Source of the DNA: the human T2T-CHM13v2.0 reference genome, Homo sapiens
DNA: 64,000 nucleotides
NCBI RefSeq assembly: GCF_009914755.1
Contig: NC_060935.1
Direction: 5' to 3' (one strand)
Shown: positions 45,463 to 58,518 of the stretch, piece after piece
Layout: each line of letters starts with the position of its first letter
Position numbering within the stretch: position 1 is the first letter of the stretch
Program-made: the position numbers and the translations under genes
Notes under the pieces: model-generated
The model's database searches: none
What the model was told of the DNA's origin: nothing
The model's input: only the letters and a program-made list of their open reading frames with translations

Positions 45463-45576
45463 TTTTCACCCCTTTACTTTCCGTCTAATTCAGTAAGGTG
45501 AATTTCTTGTACCATATAGTTTTCATCCCTTTACTTTCAGTCTAATTCAGCAAGGTGAATTTCTTGTACCATATAG
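45463..45576. repeat. 57-bp tandem duplication inside the old L1
   Basis: 45463-45519 vs 45520-45576, 3 mismatches. Confidence 0.9.
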
Positions 45577-47389
45577 TTGGATTGTGGGCTTTTTGTCTAT
45601 TCTGCCAATCTTTATCTTTTAAGTGCAGCATTTTATTCATTTACATTCAAGGTTAATATTGATATGTGAGGCTTTGTTTCTGGCTTATTATTGATTGATT
45701 TCAAGTTGTTTTAAACAATTCTTTTTTTTTCTTTTTGTCTTTGTGGTTTAATGAAATTCTGTGGTATCTTTGACATCTTTCTATTCCTCTTTTGTGTGAT
45801 TGTTTTATACAAACTGTAAGTTGTATATTGCCATGTGTTTTCATGGTGGTGAATATTAACCTTTCATTTCTTGCTTAAGGACTCTTTGAGCATTTACTAT
45901 AGGTCTAGTCTAGAGTCTAGTAGTGGCAAGTTTTCTCAGTTCTTTCTTGTCTGAGAATGACTTAAATTATCCTTCATTTATAAAGCTTATTCTGGCAGGA
46001 TACAAAATCATTGGCTGGAAGTTTTTCTTTCAGTATTTTGAAAGTGCCATCTCATTCTCTTCTGGCCTGTAATACTTTTGCTGAAGAGTCCACAGTTAGT
46101 TTGATGGGATTTCCTTTATAGTTGACTTGATATTTTTCTCTTGCTAATTTTAAAACTCTTTATTTCACTTGGACTTTAGACATTCTGAGTATAATATGCC
46201 ATGGTGAGGTCCTTTGTGCAATGTATTTTCCTTGGGGTTGCTGTGTCCCCTGTATCTAGATGCCTAACTTTCTTGATAGATGAGAAATTTTCATTATTTT
46301 CTTAAATATGTTTTCTAAACTTTTTGATCCCTCTTCACTTTTGGCAATACCAATAATTAGTAAATTTGGTCACTTTATCTGGTCCCAGATGTCTGAAAGC
46401 TTTGTTCATTCATTTTTTATTCTGTTTCTCTTATTTTTGTCTGACAGGATTATTTTGAAAGTCTTGTCTTCAAGTTCTGAGATGCTTCTTCTTGGTCTAG
46501 TCTATTATTGAAACTTTTGGATATATTTTTTATTTCTTTCAATGAATTTTTTAATTCCAGAATTTCTATTCTATTTGTTTTTATGATGTTCATCTCCTTG
46601 GTAAATTTCTCATTAATATCCTGGATTGATTTTCTGATTTCTTTGTATTGATTTTCAGGTTTATCTTGCATCTCATTGAGATTCTTTAAGATCAGTATTT
46701 TGAATTCTTTATCTGAACTTTTAAAGAGGAATTATTTTTGATTGGGATCTGTTATTGGATAATTTTGGTCCTTTGATGGTATCATATTTCCCTGATTTTT
46801 CATGTTTCCTGTGTCCCTCCATTGATTTTGGTGCATCTTGTATAGCAGTCACTTTTTCGAAGTTTTTGAAATTGCTTTCATAGGGGAGAATTTTTTCCTG
46901 AGGATGTGTATATGTTGTTGATTCAGTTAAGATACTGTGGCTTTGATTTTGGGTGCTCATGGTAGTGTGATCTTTGTATGAATATTTTGGCAGTACACAG
47001 GGCAGTGGTCTCTGTGATTTCCTCAGTGACTAAGGGTACAGCTAATAGTTGAGTTTGTGGTGGAATTAAGCTAGTGACCTGGACACCAACTAAATCAGTC
47101 TTCAGGCTCTGGTGGTAGTAGCAGTGGGGTCCTTTCAGGCCCCAGAGCAACTTACACTGGCTCTAGTGTTTGTGAGTCTGGGAGGACTGATTCTTGAGCC
47201 TTCACGTGGCTTGCTTAGAAATTAATAGTAAGAGCAGTGGTCCCAGTGTGTGGGTGGGTTCTTAGGACCCTTGGTAGCTAATGTGGTATGGGTGATGGTA
47301 GTAGCAATGGTGGTGCAACCCACTGGGACCCAAGCAACGCATGTTGTTGTTGCTGGAAGCTGTGATGGGTTGGGTGGGCTAGTCTCCAG

Positions 47390-48300
47390 TCCCACAGCCA
47401 CCTGTAGCAGGGCAGTAAGCATTGTCCTAACTGTGCTTAGGAGAGCTTTGTCTCACTTATCCCTTTCCCAGCTGGGTGGCAGCTGCAACTATGTCACCTC
47501 AAACTTGGCCCAAGGTTGGGGCACAGCCCAGTATTAAGTTCTCAGAATGGCACTCTGGGCCTGTGACCAGGGAGTGTAAGGTCCCTTCAGGCAAGAAGCA
47601 TGGGCAAGAAGCTATGGGAAAAGCAGTTTACTTGAGTCTTGGTCTTACAGCAGCCCGTAGTAGGGTACTGGGTATTGACCTAGATGTGCATTGGGAAGCC
47701 TGGCTTTCCTATACCTCTTTAACTGGGCATTAGCTGAAGCCATGTCAAGTCAAACTCATCTCAAGGGCAGGGGACAACCAAGCATTAAACTCTCAAAATG
47801 GCACCTTGAGTCTATAGTCAGGGAGGGTGGGTCTCCTCCCATGCAGGCAGTGTGGGCATGAAGCTGTGGAGAATACAGTCCACTTGTGTCTCAATCTCAC
47901 AGCAGCCTGTTGCAGGGAAGTAAATATTGTCTTAGATATACATAGGATACCTTTGTCTTCTTGTTCCTCCTTGGCCAGATGGCAGCTACAACCACATCAG
48001 CCTGAACTCAGGCCTAAGGTGACATATGGCTCAGCCTTAAACTCTCAAAATGGCACTCACCCTGGGCCTGGGACCCAGGGTGGGCAGAGTACCTTCCAGT
48101 CTAGCAGTATGGGCAAGAAGCTATGGGGAATATGGTCCACTTACATCTCAGTCTCACAGCAGCCCACAGCAGGGCAGCAAGCACCCTCCTAGGGGTGCAT
48201 GGGAGTGCCCAGCCTCTTCTTTCTCTTGTTGGAGCAGTGCAGTAGCCCCAGCCATGTTTGTAGATCTCCAGTATCTAGGCTCTCAAGATAGCTCCCAGCT
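47390..48300 (-). repeat. Diverged ~250-bp tandem monomer array in the L1PB 5'UTR
   Basis: Anchor ctca(g/a)aatggcac at 47541, 47792 and 48044, degenerate at 48282; other recurrent blocks tgggca(a/t)gaagct(a/g)tgg and acagcagcc. Confidence 0.8.
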
Positions 48301-48869
48301 GAGGCTGCTCCAAGCTCAGGTGCCTGTGAAATTTTGCATGGGTTCTCTTTCTGGAGAAACATCTCTTTGCAATCTTTAGCCAGCTCTGTATGTCAAGCCC
48401 AAGGCCCTAACGAGTTAAGGGTTTCTTTGGTGGCCATGATAGTAAAAGCTGATTTTGGAACCCCGGGGGTTTCTCTTTTACTATTTCCCCATGTCCAGGA
48501 GGCTCTCCTAACTTTTAGCTGGTTCCTGGCTGGGCAAGCTGTCTTGCTCTCTCTTTACCTATTTCGGGTGCTTCTTGTCACTGCTCTGGGGAATCCTAGC
48601 ATTGTGCCCTATATGATCTGTTTAAAATGTGAGTATCTGCCAACTATTCTGATATCTACTTACTATCCTGGTTCCTCTCCTAGGAGGAGGCACATATTAC
48701 CTATGTCTAGCTGGCCATCTTTATATGATGCACAGTGAGTTTCATGGATATGCACCCAGAGCAGGTCCCCATCTACCAGCCAGTTGTCACTATTTTTAAC
48801 TGTCACTTTAATTTCCCTAGAATCTAATAATGCTGCCCTCACTTTTATTCCTGTGTTTTGTGCTAACAT

Positions 48870-49035
48870 TTAATCTTCATAACCACCTTATATAATAGGT
48901 ATTATTTTCCATTTTTATAGAAAAGCAAACAAATCACAAAGAGCTAAGAAGCTGCCCAAGTTTACTTGGATATTGAGCACAAAGTCAGGACTCAGAGCAA
49001 GGTCTGTAGCCTCAAAAGCCTCTATTCTATACAAC
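48870..49035 (-). mobile_element. MIR
   Basis: tttaatcttcataaccacc...taggtattattttccatttttatagaaaagcaaac...gcccaagtttac. Confidence 0.65.
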
Positions 49036-50878
49036 CATGCCATACTCACTTAGAACTGTAATATGGAGCAAAGCCACTAGGTGGAACCCCATAAAATCTG
49101 CGCTTGCCACAGGCCCAACATTAATCACTTTAGTCCATCGGATGCTGATGCTGGAAAGGATGAAGCAAATCAGTGATCCTACCCCTTCATTCTCACAGAG
49201 GAGAAATCTGAGAACTAGCTAAGGAAGAGAATTGCCTAGGTCACACATTGATTTAGTAACATGCCCCAAATCAGCACCCAGAGTGTGTATTGCCGTAGGT
49301 CTTTGCATTTGCCACAGTTATTGTTTTTCTTCCATGGTTATAAACAGAAAAGATGTACAGCTTACATAAAATCAGGAGAAATATCTGATCCATCTTTTCT
49401 ATGGCAAGACAAAGCAGGGTTGGAAAACGTTAATTAGCTTGTGAACACACACTCTCAGCCAGAGGAAGTGTGCTTCATAGTCAAGGCTCACAACAGTGTG
49501 CATTAGAATAAAAGTATCTATGTTTCCTCTTCTAGATCATCAAAGGGTTTTTACATCACTTGCCTACTGCAACTAAATGCCAGGGCTTGGGCATACTGAG
49601 GGGAAAAGGCTGTCTAGTTTTTCTGCTCACAAATGTTGTGGTCGGAGGCAAGTTTTCTGCTCACTGCTTCCACGGAGTAAAATGGTACCATCTGCTGTGC
49701 CTAATGGGCACAATCAGAGTGCGGAGTTATGGGGTCTTGAGATGAGATGATTGTAAGAAAAAAACTGATTATGACAGACGATCATTGATAGCTTTGCTGT
49801 CCCTTCAGTTCTATCATAACCCCTTTTACACAATGACAACCTGCTACCATGCCACTGTCCTAGAAGGGAATCTCACAATTGCATGCAGCAATCTCAAAAA
49901 TAGAAATGATACAACAAATAAGGATGGTTATATTGTTGAAAATAACGCTGTTCAAAAATTGTTTAAAACAGTTAGCTTTTTCTATGCTATCTCATTCCTC
50001 CCAGCTAGATTTACCTTTAAAAGAACACTAAATGAGACTTTATCCTCACAGCTGAAAAAATCTGGTCTTCTGATAGAAAGCTTTTGTGTCAGTTAATATA
50101 TTTATACAAAAGGTAGAGTAGCTAGAAATAGAGGTGCTCCATATATAAAGATTAATTAAACTTCTAGAATTTTCATTGCTAAATTTGTAAATTCAAAATA
50201 AAAACATAAATCACTTTTATAAAAAAAAGGGAAAGAAATGTCTTACAACCTTTACAGAAAAGGATATAAGAATTAACTTACTATTTATTGCAACCAAATC
50301 TGTGAGTTGGGTAATATTATTCCAATGTTTCAGAAAAAAAAGTTAAGAACAACAAAAAATAAATTGTACAACGGGTAAATGTCAGAGCTGGAATTCTGTA
50401 TTTGATCTTTTTTGGCTCCAAAGCCTGTCATTCGAACCACTACACACTTAGGGTCACTATTAGGCCCTGTATTCTACCTCTTTTTCATTTTTAAAGAAAT
50501 AACTGGCAAAAATTTCTCATAGTGGCGTATTATATAGAATTGTTTTCTTTTACCTTTAATTTTCTAACAACAGACATAAAAACAAAACAGGAGAAAAATA
50601 CACAATATTGTTGCTAAAACAGTGAATGCTGTAGAACAAAATGATAGGTGATATGTGTGTGTATATATCCTTCTTTCTCTTCTTTTCCATATGTAGTTAC
50701 ATTATTTTAAAACTTAAAGAAGAGTATTAAGGAGACGGGACAGAAGTTAATATAAAAATACTTAAGAATTCTGAAAAAGCCGGCAACTTTTCTTTCTACC
50801 TTGTGATAAGTCTGAGATGACACCCTTTGACACCGTTTTCCTCCTCCCTATCCATTCTCAGTATCTAGAGCCCTGACA

Positions 50879-50879
<1 letters not shown>

Positions 50880-50919
<40 letters not shown>
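50880..50919. repeat. (CA)~20 microsatellite
   Basis: Uninterrupted CA run. Confidence 0.97.
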
Positions 50920-50921
<2 letters not shown>

Positions 50922-51465
50922 ATTGCCACATTTCCTACTTTCTCTTTGATAATACCCATTCAAACTGAGCTTTGCACCTCTAGAATTGGTTCTCCTGGTT
51001 CCTGGAGTCCCTCCTGCTGTGAGATTTGCTCTGACTCTGGACTATCCCTGCCTGCTTACTACCTACCCTCCTTTTCTTACACTTTTCTCACCAATAATTA
51101 AGGAACACATGCATTTTTCTAAACAAACCAAAATATGCTGTAGCTCTGTGCCTTAGTACAAGCTTCCCCTCAGAAAAATCCTTTCCACTTAGTTACCTCA
51201 AACTACTTACCTTTTAGGTATGTCCTCCATCCTGGGGCCTTCCCTACATTACACTCTCACTCCCCAGTGGTTGCTTGTTCCATCCTTAAGTCTGTGTACT
51301 CTTTTCCTGCCCCTCCTTTAGATTTGCCATTTTATAATACAAATATTTGTTCATATTTATCTATTCCTTTGGTCTATGAGATCCTTAAAAGCAGAGATCT
51401 GGTCTTGTTTGACTTTATAACTTCATATCCTAGCATAGTACCTTCATAAAGTAGCTATTCAATAG

Positions 51466-51545
51466 TAGTAATAATAATGTCAATGATGATGATGACAACG
51501 ACGATGAAGAATGGATGGATGGATGGATGGATAGATTAATGGATC
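51466..51545. repeat. Compound (TAA)/(GAT)/(GGAT)n simple repeat
   Basis: taataataat...gatgatgatgac...atggatggatggatggatggat. Confidence 0.8.
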
Positions 51546-51779
51546 AACAATGAAACAGATCAATAAATGAAACGATATACATAAGCAGTAGGTGAGATGT
51601 TTGAAATTCCACCAACAAAAAACCGACTATGAGGCCTGGTATAGTTTGTGTGCAAATCCTCTGTCTTGTCTTCTTGGCTGTGAAATCTGTCTGGGGTGGC
51701 TACTCCAACAGTGTCTCCAGCCCTGCTTTCTACTAAAGTACAAGCCTGTTAGAAGTTGCTCCATGCATAGAAAGACCTC

Positions 51780-52000
51780 ACAATGTCGGATCCTGGATTC
51801 TGCTTCTCAATCTGCCTTAAATTAGGCTGTAACCTTGGCCAAGTTGCTGTAATTTTCCTAAGAAAATTCTGTTTCTTCATCTAAAATGGGAATAGTAACC
51901 CATGCCCACATTTCCACCCCATGTGAGGTATTATGAAGGTGTGATACATGACAGGCTTGCAAACAATAAAGTGTGATGCAAATTTAAGGGCTATTACTAA
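51780..52000 (+). mobile_element. MIR
   Basis: ggctgtaaccttggccaagttgct...ctgtttcttcatctaaaatgggaatagtaa. Confidence 0.6.
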
Positions 52001-52119
52001 ATGTCGTTTCTCTTCTTATGTATACGGTCCTGAATTTACTCTCAGGTGAATTTTTTTTTTTCATGTCAGCTATAACATACTGATTTCTAACTCCTGGTAA
52101 TTCCATAGGATTTGCTGGT

Positions 52120-52360
52120 GAGGAGGCAGAGTATACTGTGCTAAGAACGTGGACATTTGATTTAGATTTTCATATAAATCTTAGCTTCATTATTTATTAG
52201 CTACACGATTTTGAAAGTTTATACAACATTTTTGCTCCTTAATTTCCTCATCTCCAAAACAGGAATATTAATGCATTTCTTACTGGTTCAACATAAAAAC
52301 TAAATATGATAATCTAATGTTACAGTATATATAAGCTCCTTGTACATACATAGTAGGTAC
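52120..52360 (+). mobile_element. MIR
   Basis: ggaggcagagtatactgtgctaagaacgtggac...aatttcctcatctccaaaacaggaata...catagtaggtact. Confidence 0.6.
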
Positions 52361-54640
52361 TTTGTAGAGTGGAGTACTGAATAGAGAGGAGATGTCTAAG
52401 GACTGCACAAACTCAAATTCTGATGGTAAAGACTGTTTCCAGTTGACTGAGGTTAAAAATAATATAAAATGACAAACTTTAACTCTTCCCAGAAAATTAA
52501 CTAGAATTAACTTAAGAAATCCAGGAAGAGTCAGTCCTATTCTTGAAATTTGAGATCAGCCATTGCTTCCAAATATTCATGTATCACAGCCATAATCTTT
52601 GTTAATATTAAGTATTATCCAGACTATTACTTTTTTAAATGATTAAAGTTAGATGTTGTTTAGCAATATCCTCCATAAAATCACAGGTCTGATATGCTGG
52701 TTAAATTTATTCTGATATATATGAGAATAAATATTTTGCCTAAAACACATAATAATACAGAACCACCACCAAAAGTAAGAAAATAGAAAAAAAGTTGTAT
52801 GCTACCTAAATGGTTTAGAGAATTCTTCATTGCAAGCTTCTTTCTACAAATGTTTATGCCCTTAAATCTTGCTCACAATTTTGTCATTAACTGGATTTAA
52901 AATAGCTACAAGGAATGAAATAACACTATGGCTTGAAGTGTTTAAAATCAGTTTTTAAATTTGTATTACACAAAGAGTAAGTTTTTGCTTGCTCAGAATA
53001 TCAAATTTCTATTGTATAGGGCTTCTACCTCAAGCAAGTACCTGGCAAATCATTGGCATCTATAGGATATTGGTAGATGGGATGCATGGAGGATAGAAAT
53101 TCATCTTATGCTTATTTGCATTTAAAGCCACAAAGACTCTCTGCATGTTAATTTAATCACTAATTCATCAAATAGCCAATTAAACTAGAAGATTCAATTC
53201 CATCTGAGAAGTGAACTAACAGAGGCTTATGAAGAGTAACAAGGGGCACCAAGTAAAAGTATCTTACCTACCCAGCAAGGGGGAAACTTGGTAAGAGACA
53301 GGAATCTTATTTAACTTTCTTGTAACCCATTGTACCTTGATTATCTATATTTTTGAGAACTTTACTTCAGACCTTAACAAACTTAGGAACACTTAGGAAA
53401 CTGGAGTTTCCTAACTGGCTTCCTACATGGCTGCTATTTATTCTTCATTTATTCATTGGATAAATATTGACTGAGCCCTTACTATGTGCCAGGCACTGTG
53501 CTGGAACTCTGATCAAGCTACCACCCACTCCATCCCCTCCCTGTGGCCTCTGGCTGGAGTCTACATTTCTTTTCTTGGCATTCAGGGCCCATGTTCATCT
53601 GGCCCTGCTCATCTCCTGACCACTCCTTTTCCAGCACTTCCTATTCCAGCCCCTGCACTGCTTGCTTCTCCGATGCCCTGTATTTGTGGCCCTTGCAGCC
53701 TTTGCATAGATGCATATCTTTCTTTACCTGGCTCTCTCCTCCCAGCCTGTTCTAAAGTCATCTCTTCTAGGAAAAGGAGACTGTGAAATAGCTGGAATCC
53801 TCAAGGATATCTACTGATATTCTTTAAGAAAAAAACCTAAATAGTGGTTTATGTTATGTATCTACGCCAAAACAATAACAAAAAAGGAAAATATATTTTA
53901 CAAGGTTAAAGTGGTCATTTCTAATTAGTAGAAAATAGATATTTTTAATCTGTATTTTCTAAAATGTTCTTTGATTACCATCTAATTTTATACTGGGAAA
54001 AAATAAACATTTTTAATAGGGAAGGGGAGAAGGGAAAAAGAGAAGCAGCAAAGAAGGGAAAAGGATTTTTTTAAAAAGACAGTATAGAAGCATTGAACAA
54101 ATTTCACAATGTTAAATAAGCTACCCATCAGCTTAGTGAGCTTGCCTTTATTCGTCTATAATAAAAATCACCCTCATGTTTCCCATTTATAGCTAAACTC
54201 AGTTAATTACAGCATCGTTTGTGGTTGCTTCTGGGCAGAGTCAATACAGGTAATTAGATCCTTTACAGTCTTTAGAAAGTTACTTTCATTCCCTGTGAAA
54301 TATCAATATCTGGTGCAGTGTGCATTAGTAAGGAGATCCAGTGAGTAATAATATGATCCTAAGGTTGGTGAAGTGAAAAACAGAGGCAATTAGAAAGATA
54401 ACTCAGGCAGAGTTTCTTGCCCCTGAATAACCAAGAGCAATCATTTTTGTCAGACTTATTTAGAAAAAGATCTCAATTCTGAGGTTTAGCAAAGCCAGGA
54501 GCATTAGAGAATCATACTCTCTTGGAGGTGGATAAACCCTTAGAAGTTGTCAAATTTTGTCCTAGTAGTGAAAGCTTTTGTTCAGATCAATTTAAAAATA
54601 GAAGCTTGGTACAGTAACTTTTGGGTAGCATGACAAAGTA

Positions 54641-55042
54641 CAGTTGACCCTTGAACAACACAAGTTTAAACTGTTAGGGTCCACTTATATGCATATTTTC
54701 TTCTGCCTCTGCTACCCCTGAGATGGCAAGACTAACTCCTCCTCTTTCTTCTTCTCCTCAGCCCACTCGTCATGAAGACCTATATGATGATCCACTTTCA
54801 CGTAAGAAAACTAAATATTTTTTCTCTTCCTTATGATTTTCCTAATATTTTTTTTCTCTAATGCACTTTATTGTCAGAATATAGTATACAATACATATAA
54901 CACAAAAAGTGTTAGTTGGCTGTTTATGTTATTAGTAAGGCTTCCAGTCAACAATAGGCTATTGAAGAGTCAAAATTATACATGAATTTTCAACTGTGCG
55001 GGGAGTTGGTGCTTCTATCTCAACTTGTTCAAGGGTTAATTT
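54641..55042. mobile_element. Tigger2a (MER28) non-autonomous DNA transposon
   Basis: Left TIR cagttgacccttgaacaa, right TIR ttgttcaagggttaattt, TA on both sides; internal ccacttat...ctgcctctgctacccctgag...gatgatccacttt. Confidence 0.85.
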
Positions 55043-56104
55043 TAGAAAGAACAGGACTCACTGACTTAGATAAATCCAGGCTTGAATTCCAATTTCATCC
55101 TTAAGCAAGTAACTTGTCCTAACTGAAGCTCTCTGTTTTCTTGTGACTAAAACACGGATAATAAATTCTACCTCAAAGACTGGTTGTGATAACAAATGAA
55201 ATGCAGCCTGGATTTAGTATTACCAGCCTGGTGCTATTACTATGTAGGGGCTGCAGTTTTTTAGCCCTCCCCAAATTAAATACTAGGAAAATGAGTTTGC
55301 TCCTTGGAAATTAAAATTAGAGCTAACATATGCAAAATCACTGAACAAGTCTGAATAATTTACAGTCCAGTAGAACTGATTTGTATTTGATGGAATTTAT
55401 TAGCATTTTAAGAAGGAATATGAGACTTAGAAGGAGGAGTTGAGAATCTCAAAGGCATTCAACATCTAAGCATTTTCCAAAGGATATTCAAATGTAGCCA
55501 ATAATCTAAAAGTCTTATTCAGAAGGGAATCCCCAATGTGGAAAGGTTGGAGAGATTTTATACCTAGGACTTTTCTATTTCTATTTTCATAGGCACTACT
55601 ACCCTTACCCACAGATGAGGTGATCAGGGAATCTGAGGCTAATGCCATTAGACCTTGAGTGCCTCTGGCTTCCCTTGTCCTGATTCCATGTTATTCTCAC
55701 AACCTTTGATACTTATTTGGAATCCCATGTGGATCAGCCTCTAGCAACAATATGTAATGGTCACTTGGAGGTTGAGTATTCTAGTCCCTGTGGCCATTAT
55801 TTATTCTGGTAAACCCATAAACTGGTATTTGAGTATTATACCTTAGTTCATTGAGCTTGACATACATAACTATGCCCAAGGGATAAGTTCTCTTTCTGCT
55901 GACAAGATCAGCAAGGCCTCAGATTGGGGAAAATTTACCATGGCAATAAATGTCCCCTCATTAAAGAGGCCCTTGGAGTATAGCCAGCTTCCTTCTTTGA
56001 TAGGATAATACAATATCACCTGATGGCTATTTAACATCATTTTTAAATTTCCATTCTAGGCACCTATTAAGTATTCATTACATCTCTTTTCTAACCCAAG
56101 GAGG

Positions 56105-56540
56105 TTCTTTGATTGGATTTTCTCTAGAGCAGTCCCTGAGACAAATACTTGTGTGCAAATAGAATATTTGGGAAGTGGTCCCAGGAAGTACCAATAAGAA
56201 AATGAGGACAGGAGACAGGAAGTGGAAAAAAGCCAGCAAAGTTTACAATATCAAGCAAGTTAATACTGTAGACAACAAGGGCTCAATCCTAATGGGCAAG
56301 GAACTTAGGGAGATAATGTAGAACATGTCACAGGGTTAGACTCCTAGTCCCCAGGGGCAAGGAAGATGTATATTAACCTCTAATTATGGTCTCTCTTTGG
56401 CTGATGGTTGCTCCCTAATGCATCAACTCCTGATATTTCTGGCCTTCTGGGCCTGGAGGCCTAGAGAATGTGCTCAGGGGAGAATCACACTGGTCAGAGT
56501 GGTAAAGCACTGTAAGACTTTCTCTGTGGTTTCAAAATTA
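56105..56540 (-). mobile_element. ERVL LTR33-like solo LTR
   Basis: agcagtccctgagacaa...gtgcaaatagaatatttgggaagtggtcccaggaagtacc...gagacagga...aagcaagttaatactgt...gggctcaatcc. Confidence 0.65.
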
Positions 56541-57043
56541 GGCTCCAAAAGGGCATCACAGAAAGCGAAGTCAAATTTGAGACTTATTCCCATATCTATG
56601 CAGTCTTATTTGATTGGAGTAATAAGGACTGTAGTGTTATTTCCTTCAGGTCAATGTTAAGTCAGAATACTACAGTATTGACTTATATTTATATTCTGTT
56701 TCAATATCTGCAAGAAATCAAAACGTGAGTCTGTCAGCTGACCCCAATTTAACTCAAGCAAGTGTGATGAATTAGAATACAAGTCCAAACTTCTCAATAC
56801 TCAAAGTGCAAGTAATATCACATTTCTTTAAACTTCTCAATTTTATTAAAGATTCACATAAGACTCCTCTACCCACCAAAATGTGTGGAAAATTCACTAT
56901 TAATTATTTGAAGGACTATTGGTGTGGGTTCCTCTCTCTCTTCCCTTGTATGATACAAGAACAGGAAAGGAGGGTTGTAGAAGGTATATAGCTCTGAAAT
57001 GGTGTATATCAGTCATCAAAATCTTTAGCAGAGAAGAAGCAAG

Positions 57044-57044
<1 letters not shown>

Positions 57045-57090
<46 letters not shown>
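57045..57090. repeat. (TG)23 microsatellite
   Basis: 46-nt uninterrupted TG run. Confidence 0.97.
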
Positions 57091-57094
<4 letters not shown>

Positions 57095-58518
57095 GTTCCT
57101 GTTCCTTGCAGCTGTGTGTTTCCTTGAAGGAGCCATGGTCCTCCAACTTCTGCTGCTCCAAGTTGCTATACAGTCTCCTTGTCCAGCTTTCTGCCTGGAA
57201 AGGCAGGTCTTTGAAGACCCAGGCCCTGAAAGCTAGTGTCAGCCCCAGTGCTTCTTTACATTTTCTTAAGCCACAACAACTAGCTCTGACCTGCATTCTT
57301 CCTGCCCTTTTCTTCAGGATCCCACTGGGTATGGATTCCCCTTCTCTAATCCACAAGACTAAAAGTCTAGTGTTTTTTACTCTCCTGCTCTTGATCAAGA
57401 AAGCTTAATTGCTTCATTGGGACTAGAGTCAGCCTCATCAGCCTCAGCTGTTCACAGATGTATGGAAACACAAACTCCTGAAGAGAGCAATCAAGAAAAG
57501 TGACCTGGGGGGCGGTTCCAAGATGGCCGAATAGGAACAGCTCCAGTCTACAGCTCCCAGCATGAGCAATGCAGAAGATGGGTGATTTCTGCATTTCCAA
57601 CTGAAGTACCAGGTTCATCTCACTGGGGCTTGTTGGACAGTGGGTGCAGGACAGTTGGTGCAGCCCACCGAGTGAGAGCCGAAGCAGGGCAAGGCATCAC
57701 CTCACCCAGGAAGTTCAAGGGGTCAGGGAATTCCCTTTCCTAGCCAAGGAAAGCCATGACAGACAGCACCTGGAAAATTGGGTCAGTCCCACCCTAATAC
57801 CGAGCTTTTCCAATGGTCTTAGCAAATGGCACACCAAGAGATAATATCTGGCATCTGGCTAGGAGGGACCCACACCCACGGAGCCTCAATCATTGCTAGC
57901 ACAGCAGTCTGAGATCAAACTTCCAGGTGGCAGCAAGGCTGCGGCAGTGGTGCCCGCCATTGCTGAGGCTTGAGTAGGTAAAGAAAGCAGCTGGGAAGCT
58001 TGAACTGGGTGGAGCCCACTGCAGCTCAAGGAGGCCTACCTCTGTAGACTCCACCGCTGGGGGCAGGGCATAGCCGAGCAAAAGGCAGGAGGAACCTCTA
58101 CAGACTTAAATGTCCCTGTCTGACAGCTTTGAAGAGAGTAGTGGTTCTCCCAGCGTGGAATTTCAGATCTGAGAACGGACAGACTGCCTCCTCAAGTGGG
58201 TCCCTGACCCCCGAGTAGCCTAACTGGGAGGCACCCCCCAGTAGAGGCAGACTGACACCCCACACGGCCGGGTACCCCTCTGAGACGAATGATCAGGCAG
58301 CAACATTTGCTGTTCAGCAATATTCGCTATTCTGCAGCCTCCGCTGCTGATACCCAGGCAAACAGGGTCTAGAGTGGAGCTCCAGCAAACTCCAACAGAC
58401 CTGCAGCTGAGGGTCCTGACTGTTACAAGGAAAATTAACAAACAGAAAGCACATACACAACAAAACCCCATCTATACGTCACCATCATCAAAGACCAAAG
58501 GTAGATAAAACCACAAAG

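Larger units (their letters stand above)
41645..48722 (-). mobile_element. Full-length old L1 (L1PB4-like) with long 5'UTR, ORFs destroyed
   Basis: ORF2 peptides 43760-44158 (YRPISLVNID), 43385-43750 (GTRQGCPLSP), 45165-45419 (EN); ORF1 coiled-coil remnant 46450-46671; 5' terminus ggccatctt at ~48722; 3'UTR acattgcatagtggtgaagt. Confidence 0.85.

Noticed and set aside
47390-48300. CRISPR-like or satellite array
   Set aside because: Eukaryotic context; whole units are homologous (no unique spacers) and lie within an L1 5'UTR.
56900-57408. ORFs with (TH)n or (CV)n repeats
   Set aside because: Produced by the (TG)23 microsatellite.
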